Virus record (IMG/VR): IMGVR_UViG_3300017911_002158
Span: 32,303-96,302 of that record
DNA: 64,000 bases
Strand: one strand, 5' to 3'
From: a virus
Taxonomy: Duplodnaviria > Caudoviricetes
Position 1 is the first letter of the stretch, and each line of letters begins with the position of its first letter. The position numbers and the translations under genes are program-made. Below the pieces are notes generated by a model. That model was not told the DNA's origin. It saw only the letters and a list, made by a program, of their open reading frames with translations, and made no database searches. Shown piece after piece: positions 31,310 through 40,599 of the stretch.

Positions 31310-31858
31310 ATGAAAAAAATGTTCACGCTTACCGATCTAGCAGAAATCAAAACGGAAATTTTCGGAGACCGTCAAGAACTGTACAGCGTAGAAAAAAATG
31401 CAGTCAGTTTCGGATTGTCTCTTTTGAGCAATCTCGACCGGGGAACCGCTTGCGAAAAATACTTGTGTCGCACAATGAACGCCCACGGAATCGACGCCAC
31501 CCATATGGGGGGTTCGGGCAATAGTAACGATATGTCCCTCTATGTAGGGGGTCGCATAGTCCGGGGTGAGAGCAAGTCTAGTCTGTTAGGCCCGCAGTCA
31601 GGGAAGTACTACTTTATAGGGGTCAAGCCAGAATTGTTTGACATTCTGTTTTTCTGCTTTGTTCACCCCACCAAAGGGGTAGTCGTCAAAACCGCTAGTG
31701 CAAAGCATATTCGGCAATGGGTGGCAGAATACAATCCAACCAACAAAACGAAAGACGGCGGCCCAGCATCCTACGATATATACTTCCGGGGTGACATGAC
31801 AAACAGCAAAATCCCCACAATCGAATGGGATCCCGCTGGAGAGGGGGTCAAGATGTAG
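31310..31858 (+). CDS. PD-(D/E)xK restriction-endonuclease-like protein
   Basis: G..CE helix, ND, ESK catalytic-type spacing. Confidence 0.55.
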   Translation: MKKMFTLTDLAEIKTEIFGDRQELYSVEKNAVSFGLSLLSNLDRGTACEKYLCRTMNAHGIDATHMGGSGNSNDMSLYVGGRIVRGESKSSLLGPQSGKYYFIGVKPELFDILFFCFVHPTKGVVVKTASAKHIRQWVAEYNPTNKTKDGGPASYDIYFRGDMTNSKIPTIEWDPAGEGVKM

Positions 31859-31927
31859 TCCCCTAGTCGGGGGGTTGACAAGAAAAAAAAATTGCTAGAC
31901 TTTGGATATAAGAAAGAGAGAAAGAAA

Positions 31928-32131
31928 ATGAAAACGATTGAAATTTCACCAAGTTACGTTGACTATCAAAACTACTTCCACAAAATGAGTGACGAGTTGC
32001 TAACATTGTGGATCGAAGTTGCAGAGCGTAGGCTGACTTGCTATCGTCGGAAATCTGACTTGCTACGGGTTGCATTGGGCATCCGTGCTGCGAAAAGTGT
32101 TCAGCGTTTACGAGAAAGGAATTGGGAGTGA
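31928..32131 (+). CDS. Hypothetical early protein
   Basis: ORF with purine-rich leader. Confidence 0.5.
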   Translation: MKTIEISPSYVDYQNYFHKMSDELLTLWIEVAERRLTCYRRKSDLLRVALGIRAAKSVQRLRERNWE

Positions 32132-32213
32132 TCATCTTGACCGTTGCTGTTTCGTTTGCTATGCTGTTCTGCGGGTTCGCCGCTCTCTATCTCACCCTAT
32201 AAGGAAAACCACA

Positions 32214-32504
32214 ATGAATACCGAAAAACTCATGCAACAATACCCGATTCTCACTGACGCTTGGAATCAGTGTACCCTAGTCTGGAAGGGTATTGAGCAG
32301 AACGGGAACCTTCACAAGTTCAACCGAAAGACTTTGAGAAAAATTGTAAAGGCTAACCGCTCTAGTGTCGATAAAAGGCTAGTGGGTGGGAATGACAACA
32401 TGATTGAAAAGGTAGGAAAGCCTGGATCCCCTGAAAGGGTGGTTGCGTTGGCTGCTCAATATGCTAGACTCAGTGAAAGTGAATCGTCACCCTTTGGAGA
32501 ATAA
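32214..32504 (+). CDS. Hypothetical early protein
   Basis: sigma70 promoter at 32137-32165, RBS AAGGA. Confidence 0.55.
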   Translation: MNTEKLMQQYPILTDAWNQCTLVWKGIEQNGNLHKFNRKTLRKIVKANRSSVDKRLVGGNDNMIEKVGKPGSPERVVALAAQYARLSESESSPFGE

Positions 32505-32610
32505 GACCATGAAAGAATCAGATCAGGAATTGTTGTTGATTGTGATTGTGTGTTGTGTTATTGTTGTATCTGTGCTTTGGAACTATACCCCTATCTGCTA
32601 AGGTGATGGA

Positions 32611-32847
32611 ATGACAACCTACGAAAAAATGACAACGCGAGAACTTGACGCTTGGATCCGGGAAGGTGGAAAAGACTTGTGCGATAATGCTCAAACGTAC
32701 ACTCCGGCAAAGTATAGGCTGGTGGCCCATATGGTACGCTCTGCCGTTCGTGAGAAGTTGCGACGGGTTCGCCATGCTGATTGGCTGGAGCGGGAATACG
32801 CTTGGGAAACTGAACGGGCGATCAGGGGTGGTACTGGATGGAGTTAA
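32611..32847 (+). CDS. Hypothetical early protein
   Basis: 78 aa with AAGGTGA RBS. Confidence 0.55.
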   Translation: MTTYEKMTTRELDAWIREGGKDLCDNAQTYTPAKYRLVAHMVRSAVREKLRRVRHADWLEREYAWETERAIRGGTGWS

Positions 32848-32941
32848 TCCCCCATCGGAGGGGAAAAACGTTTTACCCCACCTATAAGGGGGTTGCCCCC
32901 TTGTCTTACCTAACCCTTCGGGTTAAATTATGGAAACAGCC

Positions 32942-32957
32942 AGCAAAAACCGTGCCA
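32942..32957 (-). promoter_or_regulatory. sigma54 consensus site, antisense to early genes
   Basis: Reverse complement TGGCACGGTTTTTGCT. Confidence 0.55.
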
Positions 32958-32990
32958 AAAAAATTTTGGTTTTTCAGATTTTTTTTTTGC

Positions 32991-33027
32991 TTGACAACTA
33001 AAGTTCCGTATGGTAAAATGCCGATAT
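32991..33027 (+). promoter_or_regulatory. Composite sigma70/sigma28-like promoter
   Basis: TTGACA-17-TAAAAT overlapping TAAAG-16-GCCGATAT. Confidence 0.8.
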
Positions 33028-33056
33028 AAGAAGTAAGAAAGAAAAGGAGAAAGAAA

Positions 33057-33284
33057 ATGATGTTCATGAGCAAGACTGAGATTCAAGACCATATCCAAGA
33101 TCGTACCGGAAATTGGTATGATGAGTTGGTGAACATGGGTATGGTAAGTGATGAGTTGTTGAGTGAGGCCCTTGCCAATGATGGCGAGTTGCAGATTGGC
33201 TATGATTTTGGTACGCTCAATATCGACAATGAGGGATACGTTGTTGATTGGGAGCCGTTGAACGATGCTTGGAATGAGGATTGA
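33057..33284 (+). CDS. Acidic hypothetical protein
   Basis: Strong RBS AAGGAG, D/E-rich. Confidence 0.65.
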   Translation: MMFMSKTEIQDHIQDRTGNWYDELVNMGMVSDELLSEALANDGELQIGYDFGTLNIDNEGYVVDWEPLNDAWNED

Positions 33285-33388
33285 AAATGAAAAAATCAAA
33301 ACTTGACAATGAAGGCGTGATGCGTGGGCATTATGCTATCTTTAGTGAGTATGACTTGGACGAGTTTTGTCTTTAGGAGTTTGGTAGA

Positions 33389-33649
33389 ATGACAACGCAA
33401 ACATTGAAAAACCATATTCGATCAGGCCGATATGCTTGGCCCGGAGGATACCCGAAGTATTTTGTAATGAACGACGGCGAGGCCATGAGTTTCGACGCTG
33501 TGCTAGAAAACTTCCGTTTGGTTTTGGATTCTGTGAAGCACAAGCGGAATGATGGTTGGCGGGCGGTTGCCTGTGATATCAACTGGGAAGATGAGAATCT
33601 GTATTGTTGTGATAGTGGTGAGAAGATTGAAGTAGCCTACGGAGAATAA
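33389..33649 (+). CDS. Phage hypothetical protein (YAWPGGYP motif)
   Basis: RBS AGGAG; 86 aa. Confidence 0.7.
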   Translation: MTTQTLKNHIRSGRYAWPGGYPKYFVMNDGEAMSFDAVLENFRLVLDSVKHKRNDGWRAVACDINWEDENLYCCDSGEKIEVAYGE

Positions 33650-33799
33650 AGATGAAAGAAAAACTACAAGACGAGATAATCACATACTTTGGAGTTTACG
33701 AAAACATGATACCGTTCGTCTATACTGATGAACAACACCAGAAGTTCATAGACGATATTTGCCAAATAGTTGTAGACGCATACAAAAAAGAGGTTGTAA

Positions 33800-33934
33800 G
33801 TGACTGAGTATGATGAGGGATATGAGGATGGATACCATGATGCTTGGGCTGAACTTGAGGCATGGTATGGTATAGATGATGAAGGTTGGGATTGGTATGT
33901 AGTTGATGAGGATGAGTATGAGACCGTTGATTGA
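33800..33934 (+). CDS. Very acidic microprotein (44 aa)
   Basis: GAGG RBS, GTG start, TEYDEGYEDGYHDAW...DEDEYETVD. Confidence 0.5.
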   Translation: MTEYDEGYEDGYHDAWAELEAWYGIDDEGWDWYVVDEDEYETVD

Positions 33935-34455
33935 TGAGGGGCCTTGGCTTGATGAATATGGTTGGATGTTATCGGTATGTTATCATATTGTTTTTATGGT
34001 AATGTTTACGAAGGTAATGTTTAAAGGGTGGAAGTAATCCCCCGTGAGTGGGGAAAAATGATTTATACCCCTGATAGGGGGTTGTACCACCCAAACTGGG
34101 CGGTTAAATTTTATGAAAACAGCCAGCCAAAATCAAGCCCAAAATTTTTATTTTCCTGTAAAGTATCTGGGGTGGATTGTCGATATATAAAGTATTGGCA
34201 AGGATAACCCACGGAGAAAAAAGATGTTGACACTCTACACGATTTTTGGTATGTTTGTTGGTTTCGAGGGATACGATAACGGCAAAGTTTACTTTGGGAT
34301 TTATACCCCCCAATATGAGTATGGGTATGTGATTACGCAGAATGAAATTTATCTGGACACAATTTTAGAAAAATCTAAAGATTAGGGGTTGACTTGGACG
34401 ATCCAAGGAGTATAATTCGGGCATGACACGTAACCAACACCACGGAGGATTGAAG

Positions 34456-34638
34456 ATGGATGAAATCAACACTGCTCTCTTGATTGCTGCTCTTGAGGCT
34501 GAAGGAACTATTGAGCCTTGCGACGATATCAATGCCCATCCTCTTGACTGGATGGATGCTACTGGTGTAGACTTGATCGACGATTACTTCAAGGATAACG
34601 ACCCGCTTTACGCTCTACTGCTTGAGGAGGCTAACTGA
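34456..34638 (+). CDS. Acidic hypothetical protein
   Basis: GGAGG RBS, promoter at 34376-34416. Confidence 0.6.
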   Translation: MDEINTALLIAALEAEGTIEPCDDINAHPLDWMDATGVDLIDDYFKDNDPLYALLLEEAN

Positions 34639-34853
34639 TGACACCTAGCGAGAATATTTACAATTCGGACTATGATGAAATTGACGGACTTGTTGACGTT
34701 GAAGGTTATTGTGACGAGATGATGGAAGGAGTGTACGATTACCACGAGGATGATTATTACGATGATAGCATGGATGGGGATTTTGATTCGGCCATGCGTG
34801 ATTGTGGATTCGGAACTGATGAGGACTATGGTTACTATGGAGAGGATTATTGA
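34638..34853 (+). CDS. Very acidic Tyr/Asp-rich protein
   Basis: DGDFDSAMRDCGFGTDEDYG; coupled to the upstream gene. Confidence 0.65.
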   Translation: MTPSENIYNSDYDEIDGLVDVEGYCDEMMEGVYDYHEDDYYDDSMDGDFDSAMRDCGFGTDEDYGYYGEDY

Positions 34854-35350
34854 TGAGACAATATAACTGCTACGATATAAAAACTGTTGACAATCAAAAT
34901 CACTACGGTACTTGCTCAGTAATTGTGCCAACTATTGACCTTAGTGAAGCAGTTGATCGACAGGAAAATCTGGCCGCTATCTCTGGTGTGTTGGAAAGTA
35001 TTGTGGGCGAGGTTGATAGTTTTAGTTATGAGGAGGTACTATAATGATTCAACTAGACCCTGCTAGTTTGGCGATAGGATATGCTGCTGGTACACTGTTG
35101 TGCTGGTACTTGAATCAAACTCTAAACGCTAAGGAGAGCGAATATGAGCGAGAAGATGACGGAGCGACAGATAAAGACTTTATACATTATAAGAACAGCG
35201 TTTATGGCTGGAATTATCCTTACGATAATAATACATCTGCTAGAAGGTAATGCCACGATTGCAGGGTTTGGTCCGATGTAGTACTTATGGGGGGTTGGAA
35301 AACCATTTTCCCCACCTATGGGGGATATGCGATTTTTTTATTTTTTTTGC

Positions 35351-35387
35351 TTGACAGACTCAAGTTCGGCTGGTAGAATGTCGATAT
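35351..35387 (+). promoter_or_regulatory. Composite sigma70/sigma28-like promoter
   Basis: TTGACA-17-TAGAAT overlapping TCAAG-15-GTCGATAT. Confidence 0.75.
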
Positions 35388-35464
35388 AGTTAGTAGGGAA
35401 AGCAACCACACGGGTGTCTTCCCTATGGTAGAATGTTAGTAGGTTTAGTTTCGCTTCGGAGAAA

Positions 35465-35854
35465 ATGAAAATGGAAAACGTGATTATGATTGCTGGTTTC
35501 TTGGCTGTTAGTGCTTTGGTTTTGGTTATGTTTGGTGTGTATGCCGTCTATGGTGGTAGTCATGCCGAACTTTGCAACGCTAAACCCGGTCAGGTATTCA
35601 ACTTTGAGTATCTTCAGCCGCTGAATGGCGAACGCAAGCGTGTGCTTGCTAAAGTTCTTGAGCGACCAGTTCACTTGGACGATCATACTATCGCTAGCAT
35701 GAACGCTAGAAGTGCCTATCGTCGAAATGATCCTAAGTTTGAGCGTACTCATCATCTGGTAACGTGTCAAACTGCCGATGGTAATATCCGACAGTTCTAC
35801 TGTGAACGTGTCAAGAACTGCCGAAAGCCACTACTTGGCTCTCTGGTTGCATAA
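35465..35854 (+). CDS. Membrane-anchored hypothetical protein
   Basis: N-terminal hydrophobic helix, RBS GGAG. Confidence 0.65.
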   Translation: MKMENVIMIAGFLAVSALVLVMFGVYAVYGGSHAELCNAKPGQVFNFEYLQPLNGERKRVLAKVLERPVHLDDHTIASMNARSAYRRNDPKFERTHHLVTCQTADGNIRQFYCERVKNCRKPLLGSLVA

Positions 35855-35880
35855 CTCTCTCCGTGGTGGTGTTGTCGAAA

Positions 35881-35918
35881 GCCCCGTCACTCAGCAATGG
35901 GTGGCGGGGTTTTCTTTT
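35881..35918 (+). terminator. Intrinsic terminator
   Basis: GCCCCGTCACTCA-gcaa-TGGGTGGCGGGGT plus T tract. Confidence 0.85.
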
Positions 35919-36122
35919 ATACTTATTTGGTGGGGGTAAAACCATTTTTTTGCCACCAATGGGGGGTTGTACCACCCGAACTGACCAGTTTGGCATTATG
36001 GTAAAGCCAGCCAAAATCTAGCAAATTCTGTGCCGAATATTTTTTTTATTTTTTCTGGATTTTTTACTTGACGGCTGACGATAATATGATATACTGGAGA
36101 GACAACCACGGAGAACAATACC

Positions 36123-36830
36123 ATGAAAACTGCAAACGGCAACGATAAACTAGGCAAGGAAAACTGCATCGTCGTGAGTCGCCCCGTTGGCGATACTTGC
36201 CCGCCTACTTGTGCGTTCCTTGGCAACGGCTGCTATGCCGAACAGACTGAGAAGATATATCCGGGTGTTCGCCCTGCTGGTATGCAAAACGTCATCACCG
36301 AACGTGGGCGTATTCGCTCGATGATTATTGACGCGGAGCGTAAAGGCAAGTCTATCCGCTGGCATGAGCGTGGTGACTGGTTCCTCAATGGTAAACTCGA
36401 CACCGATTATGTCGATAACGTAGTCTGGGCGTGTGAGAGTATTCTGGCTGACGGCGGTAGTCTGCCCGATATGTGGTTCTACACTCATATTTACGATAGT
36501 CGGCTGGTCAGTATGAACAAGTATATGGCCGTGTATGCTAGTGTTCACAATGCCCAAGATGTTCTCGATGCTAAGGCCGTTGGTTTCAAACTGTTCGCAT
36601 GGTGTGACAGTGACCAGAAGATTGCCACCAAGCGTCCGCGTGGCAAGGTCAAGGCTCAACAGTGGCGTGACAGTCTGCCAAAGTTGGTTGTCATCGACAA
36701 CGAGAAGTATGTCACCTGCCCTGAGATTCGTCGTGGTCGTGGTGTCGTGACCTGCACGCCAACCAAAAATAGTGTCGCCTGCAATCTGTGCGTCAAGGGT
36801 CTGGGTAACGTACTGTTTCCATCACACTGA
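36123..36830 (+). CDS. Gp88-like Cys-rich (radical-SAM-like) phage protein
   Basis: TCPPTC....GCYA, IRWHERGD, WFYTH, CP...C..C..C. Confidence 0.65.
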   Translation: MKTANGNDKLGKENCIVVSRPVGDTCPPTCAFLGNGCYAEQTEKIYPGVRPAGMQNVITERGRIRSMIIDAERKGKSIRWHERGDWFLNGKLDTDYVDNVVWACESILADGGSLPDMWFYTHIYDSRLVSMNKYMAVYASVHNAQDVLDAKAVGFKLFAWCDSDQKIATKRPRGKVKAQQWRDSLPKLVVIDNEKYVTCPEIRRGRGVVTCTPTKNSVACNLCVKGLGNVLFPSH

Positions 36831-36997
36831 GGAGTTTACTATGTTCAAAGTAGTCAAAGACGAGAATGTTATATCATACTGGGAGTGTGAAGATTGTCAT
36901 GACAAAGTTGGCATCACGCCCGACTGGTATGAACAGAATGGCACACCAGTGTGTGTTGAATGTGACCGGGATATGTTATACGGCTGGACGGAGGTGA

Positions 36998-37228
36998 ATG
37001 TCGATGGCTAAATACTATATTCAATCTGGCAGTCTACAACTGATATACTCAACTAGTCAAAGCGTGTTCGATGCTTGTAGGACAGTATTGTGGGAGTGTA
37101 ATGAAAACGATACCCTGGACGAGTATTTTTATATTGACGAGCGTGGCTTTCGTGGATATGTTAGTGCTGATGGAGATACTATGGTTGTTCCGTCTATTGA
37201 GATAATGGAGGCTGAAGGCTGGGCATGA
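36998..37228 (+). CDS. Hypothetical early protein
   Basis: GGAGGTG RBS. Confidence 0.6.
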   Translation: MSMAKYYIQSGSLQLIYSTSQSVFDACRTVLWECNENDTLDEYFYIDERGFRGYVSADGDTMVVPSIEIMEAEGWA

Positions 37229-37284
37229 TATAAAAAGCCATTTACCCTACTATTGGGGGATGAGGTATTCACCGCAAAAAATTC

Positions 37285-37324
37285 TAAAGTTTTCTCTTGA
37301 CAGCGACGATAATAATGATATACT
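37285..37324 (+). promoter_or_regulatory. Composite promoter driving the tRNA-like RNA
   Basis: TAAAG-15-GACGATAA overlapping TTGACA-16-TATACT. Confidence 0.75.
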
Positions 37325-37331
37325 TAGAACA

Positions 37332-37442
37332 CACGGCACGAAGACAGTTTCCAAGCGTTCGTACCTGAGATTGTGATGCCATAAGGTACTGTGGTCCAGC
37401 AATCGGAAACGCTTGTAGGGTGCAACTCCCTAGTGACCGTGG
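37332..37442 (+). ncRNA. Putative tRNA-like structured RNA with pseudoknot
   Basis: Acceptor-like stem, T-arm TAGGG-TGCAACT-CCCTA, 8 bp CAAGCGTT/AACGCTTG helix, GTACCT/AGGTAC pseudoknot; begins ~7 nt after a -10 box. Confidence 0.6.
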
Positions 37443-37785
37443 CCGTACAACAATTGTCTATACAGTATATTTTGGAGAGCATGATGAATAAAGAACAACA
37501 AATAAAAACAATACTCAACTACCTGAATAGTAAGATGAGTGCTATGAGCAAACCCGAAACAGAAAAGGTCAAGAAAATCCTGGAGGATGACGATATTAGT
37601 CTACAGGAGGTAGTAGAATGGTATATCGACTATGTGCGTTCGCATTGATCTTTTGTAGTGGTTGTGTGAGTACCAGCAGGGTTTCTCTATTTTGCAACAA
37701 AACAATAGACCTTGACAAACGCCCGCTAGAGGGTACAATGGACGTTGGCATCCGATTGGAACTGTTTAGGAATTGGAAGTAGAAT

Positions 37786-38040
37786 ATGAGCAAGATTATT
37801 GTGAGTACATGTGGATGGTGCGAGGCTGATCCTAGCCGTACGATGTTCCAGTATATTGGAGATCGGGACGATGTGGACAAGTTGATTAGTGGCGAGCAGT
37901 GGTTGTCGCTACCAGAAGATGATGATCTTGATGTGGAAATATGTCGTAATGATTATATCCTAGAATCTGTTGCATCAGCGTTCAAGTATGCTCTTGATGG
38001 TGAGTATTCCCACGTTGATGTGGAGGTGGAAAATGAGTAA
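37786..38040 (+). CDS. Acidic hypothetical protein
   Basis: sigma70 promoter at about 37712-37739; 84 aa. Confidence 0.55.
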   Translation: MSKIIVSTCGWCEADPSRTMFQYIGDRDDVDKLISGEQWLSLPEDDDLDVEICRNDYILESVASAFKYALDGEYSHVDVEVENE

Positions 38041-38378
38041 GTACGGCAAGATAAAAACTAAAGTAAAGAAACCTTGGGAGTTAGCCCGTGGACACAACAG
38101 CCATCGTTCTGGTTCTGGTAGTCATGATAACAGGCCTCGCAGAATTCGCACCAGAATGGATGTTCGGAGACGAGCATTAGCAGAATATTGCTAGCCAGAA
38201 AAACCTTTTATCCTTCTGTTGGGGGGGTGACACACCCAAACTGACCAGTTGAAATTTATGAAAACAGCCAGCGAAAAATTCAAGATTATGCTCTTGACAG
38301 GACGATACTATATGGTAGAATGATAGGACAAGCAACAAGCACTGTGCAAGTTGCAACTTTGGTTTAGACGATTGGAGA

Positions 38379-38627
38379 ATGATAATGAAGAAGTTTAGTT
38401 TCACCATCGACATGGTTTCTGATGCTCTCGACATTGAGACAACCAAGGCTGAAATTCAGCAGTTCCTTGCAGAGAAGCATGAGAGTGTTGTTTCGCAAGT
38501 AAAGTCTGCTGGAGTCAAGAACTTCAGCGAGCAGGGTTTCAAGGTCTGGCGTGCTAGGGTTACTGGTGTGACCGCCAAGCAGGCTGGTGATGCTCATAAC
38601 CCAAAGGCTGAGACAACTGCCTCCTGA
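38379..38627 (+). CDS. Hypothetical protein
   Basis: Composite promoter at 38280-38321, RBS GGAG, downstream hairpin at 38635-38670. Confidence 0.65.
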   Translation: MIMKKFSFTIDMVSDALDIETTKAEIQQFLAEKHESVVSQVKSAGVKNFSEQGFKVWRARVTGVTAKQAGDAHNPKAETTAS

Positions 38628-38676
38628 CTGCTCTAGGGTAGGCCCGTAGGTTTGCTGCGGGTCTACCTTTAGTCAA

Positions 38677-38748
38677 GGCCCCATAGTTCAACGGATAGAA
38701 CAGCGGTCTTCTAAACCGTAGATAGAGGTTCGATTCCTCTTGGGGCTA
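38677..38748 (+). tRNA. tRNA-Arg(TCT)
   Basis: Cloverleaf GGCCCCA/TGGGGCT, anticodon loop CT-TCT-AA, GGTTCGATTCC T-arm; no encoded CCA. Confidence 0.93.
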
Positions 38749-38862
38749 CTTGACTTTCTTTGAGTGGTGTGGTAAACTTGTACCTGGAGGTGCGTATGGA
38801 ATGGTTGATTATTATTACGGTTGTGTGCTTGTCTATTCATGGTATTTACAAAGGAGAACAAA

Positions 38863-39372
38863 GTGCCTAACTGGTGTGCTAATAACGTGACGATTACCCA
38901 TGATGATCCTGCTAAACTCAACGAGTTGCTGGATGCTTACAAGCGTGGGGAGTTGATGGAACACTATCTACCTACGCCAAGAGATCCAAATGATCCAACC
39001 AAGTTGCTTGGTCAAGGTATACCAACAACGATTGGCGGCAACGATTGGTATAATTGGCGTGTGCATAATTGGGGTACTAAGTGGGACGTTGGTGGTGAGT
39101 ACGCTTTTTGTAAACGCATAGTTACTGCTGACAATACTGTTGTGCTATCTTTCGATAGTGCATGGTCGCCGCCTATTGAGTTTTATAGTTTCCTAAAAGA
39201 TGAACACGGTTTTGATATTCGTGCATCATACTTTGAACCGGGTATGGCTTTCTGCGGTGATTGGATCGACGGTGTGGATGATTATTATGAGGGTGAGTGG
39301 CGAGATTTTCCAGATCATCTTATCCAAGAATATAATATGGAAGAGTTCTATGAGGATGAAGAAGTAGCATAA
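38863..39372 (+). CDS. YubB/DUF1281-like ferredoxin-fold protein
   Basis: PNWCAN, WYNWRVHNWGTKWD, FDSAWSPP, YFEPGMAFCG. Confidence 0.8.
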   Translation: MPNWCANNVTITHDDPAKLNELLDAYKRGELMEHYLPTPRDPNDPTKLLGQGIPTTIGGNDWYNWRVHNWGTKWDVGGEYAFCKRIVTADNTVVLSFDSAWSPPIEFYSFLKDEHGFDIRASYFEPGMAFCGDWIDGVDDYYEGEWRDFPDHLIQEYNMEEFYEDEEVA

Positions 39373-39419
39373 TAAAATTCGGAGGCTAGTGCTAAGTATT
39401 TATAATTTATAACTTTATC

Positions 39420-39457
39420 GCCCGTCTCAGGAGCAATCCTGGGGCGGGTTTATTTTT
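39420..39457 (+). terminator. Intrinsic terminator
   Basis: GCCCGTCTCAGGA-gcaa-TCCTGGGGCGGGT plus T tract. Confidence 0.85.
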
Positions 39458-39508
39458 GGCATAAAAAAAGCGTTTTACCCCCACGATAGGGGATGACCAA
39501 AGTTTTCT

Positions 39509-39549
39509 TAAAGAATTATGCTTGACAGGGACGATAAGTATGGTATACT
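39509..39549 (+). promoter_or_regulatory. Composite sigma70/sigma28-like promoter
   Basis: TAAAG-16-GACGATAA overlapping TTGACA-16-TATACT. Confidence 0.8.
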
Positions 39550-39588
39550 CAAGGCATAGCAAGTAACCACTAACGAAAGGACGATAAG

Positions 39589-40536
39589 ATGCCTGCTAAT
39601 GTTGAAACTATGTTCTACACTGGTGCTACCCCTTGGCACGGTCTTGGTGAAAAGTTGGAGCAGGCTCCGACGATCAGCGAGGCCATTGAGGCGAGTGGGT
39701 TGAATTGGGAAGTTGGAACCAAGGATCTGGTGACCGTTGATGGTCAGTCGGTTCCTGCAAGGGCTACCTATCGCAAGAGCGACAATAGTATTCTGGGGGT
39801 TGTCGGGCCTCGATATGTCCCGCTCCAGAACAAGGATGCTTTTGAATGGTTCCAGCCGTTCGTTGATGCTGGCGAGTGCAGCCTGCATACTGGTGGATCG
39901 CTAAGTGACGGTCAGAAGGTCTGGGTTCTTGCTCAGTTGAACCGTGACCCTAGCGAGATTGTGTCTGGTGATGAGGTGCAGAAGTTCATCCTTCTGTCAA
40001 ACAGTCACGATGGCACTACCGCTATCCGTGTAGGCTATACCCCGATTCGGGTTGTGTGTGTCAATACCTTGGCTTTTGCTCACTCCCACAAGGAGAGCAA
40101 TCTGCTGAGAATCCGACATACTCGTAGCAGCAAGACTGCCCTAGATAATGTCCGTGACATCATGGACAATATCAACGCTCAGTTTGAGGCTACTGCTGAA
40201 CAGTATCGGTTCCTCGCTAGTCGAGACTTCAATCAGGCTGACGTACAGAAGTATGTCAAGGTTCTGCTTGGAGTTGACAAGAAGGCTCCAGAGGACATCA
40301 AGACTCGGACGCAGAATATCCTGACCGAGATTCTTGCTACCATCGAAGGGCCAAAGCAGAGTATGCCCGGAGTACGGGGTACTTGGTGGGCTGCCTACAA
40401 CGGCTTCAACGAGTATCTCAATTACACCAAGGGACGGAATACCAATAACCGTCTGGAAAGCCTCTGGTTCGGCCAGAATGGCACTGATAATAACAAGGCG
40501 TTGCAACTAGCGACAGAGTTCGCCAACGCCGTATAA
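39589..40536 (+). CDS. DUF932-family phage/plasmid protein
   Basis: PWHGLG, LGVVGPRY.PLQN, NSHDG, TPIRVVCVNTL, GTWWAAYNGFNEY. Confidence 0.9.
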   Translation: MPANVETMFYTGATPWHGLGEKLEQAPTISEAIEASGLNWEVGTKDLVTVDGQSVPARATYRKSDNSILGVVGPRYVPLQNKDAFEWFQPFVDAGECSLHTGGSLSDGQKVWVLAQLNRDPSEIVSGDEVQKFILLSNSHDGTTAIRVGYTPIRVVCVNTLAFAHSHKESNLLRIRHTRSSKTALDNVRDIMDNINAQFEATAEQYRFLASRDFNQADVQKYVKVLLGVDKKAPEDIKTRTQNILTEILATIEGPKQSMPGVRGTWWAAYNGFNEYLNYTKGRNTNNRLESLWFGQNGTDNNKALQLATEFANAV

Positions 40537-40566
40537 CGCTCTCCTTTCGTGGTGGTGAGCGAGAGA

Positions 40567-40599
40567 GGTCGCCCTGAGAAATCGGGGCGGCCTTTTTTT
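40567..40599 (+). terminator. Intrinsic terminator
   Basis: GGTCGCCCTGA-gaaa-TCGGGGCGGCC plus T7. Confidence 0.88.

Noticed and set aside
37352-37415. Hammerhead ribozyme (CTGA...GAAAC)
   Set aside because: No CUGANGA core in the correct position relative to the stems
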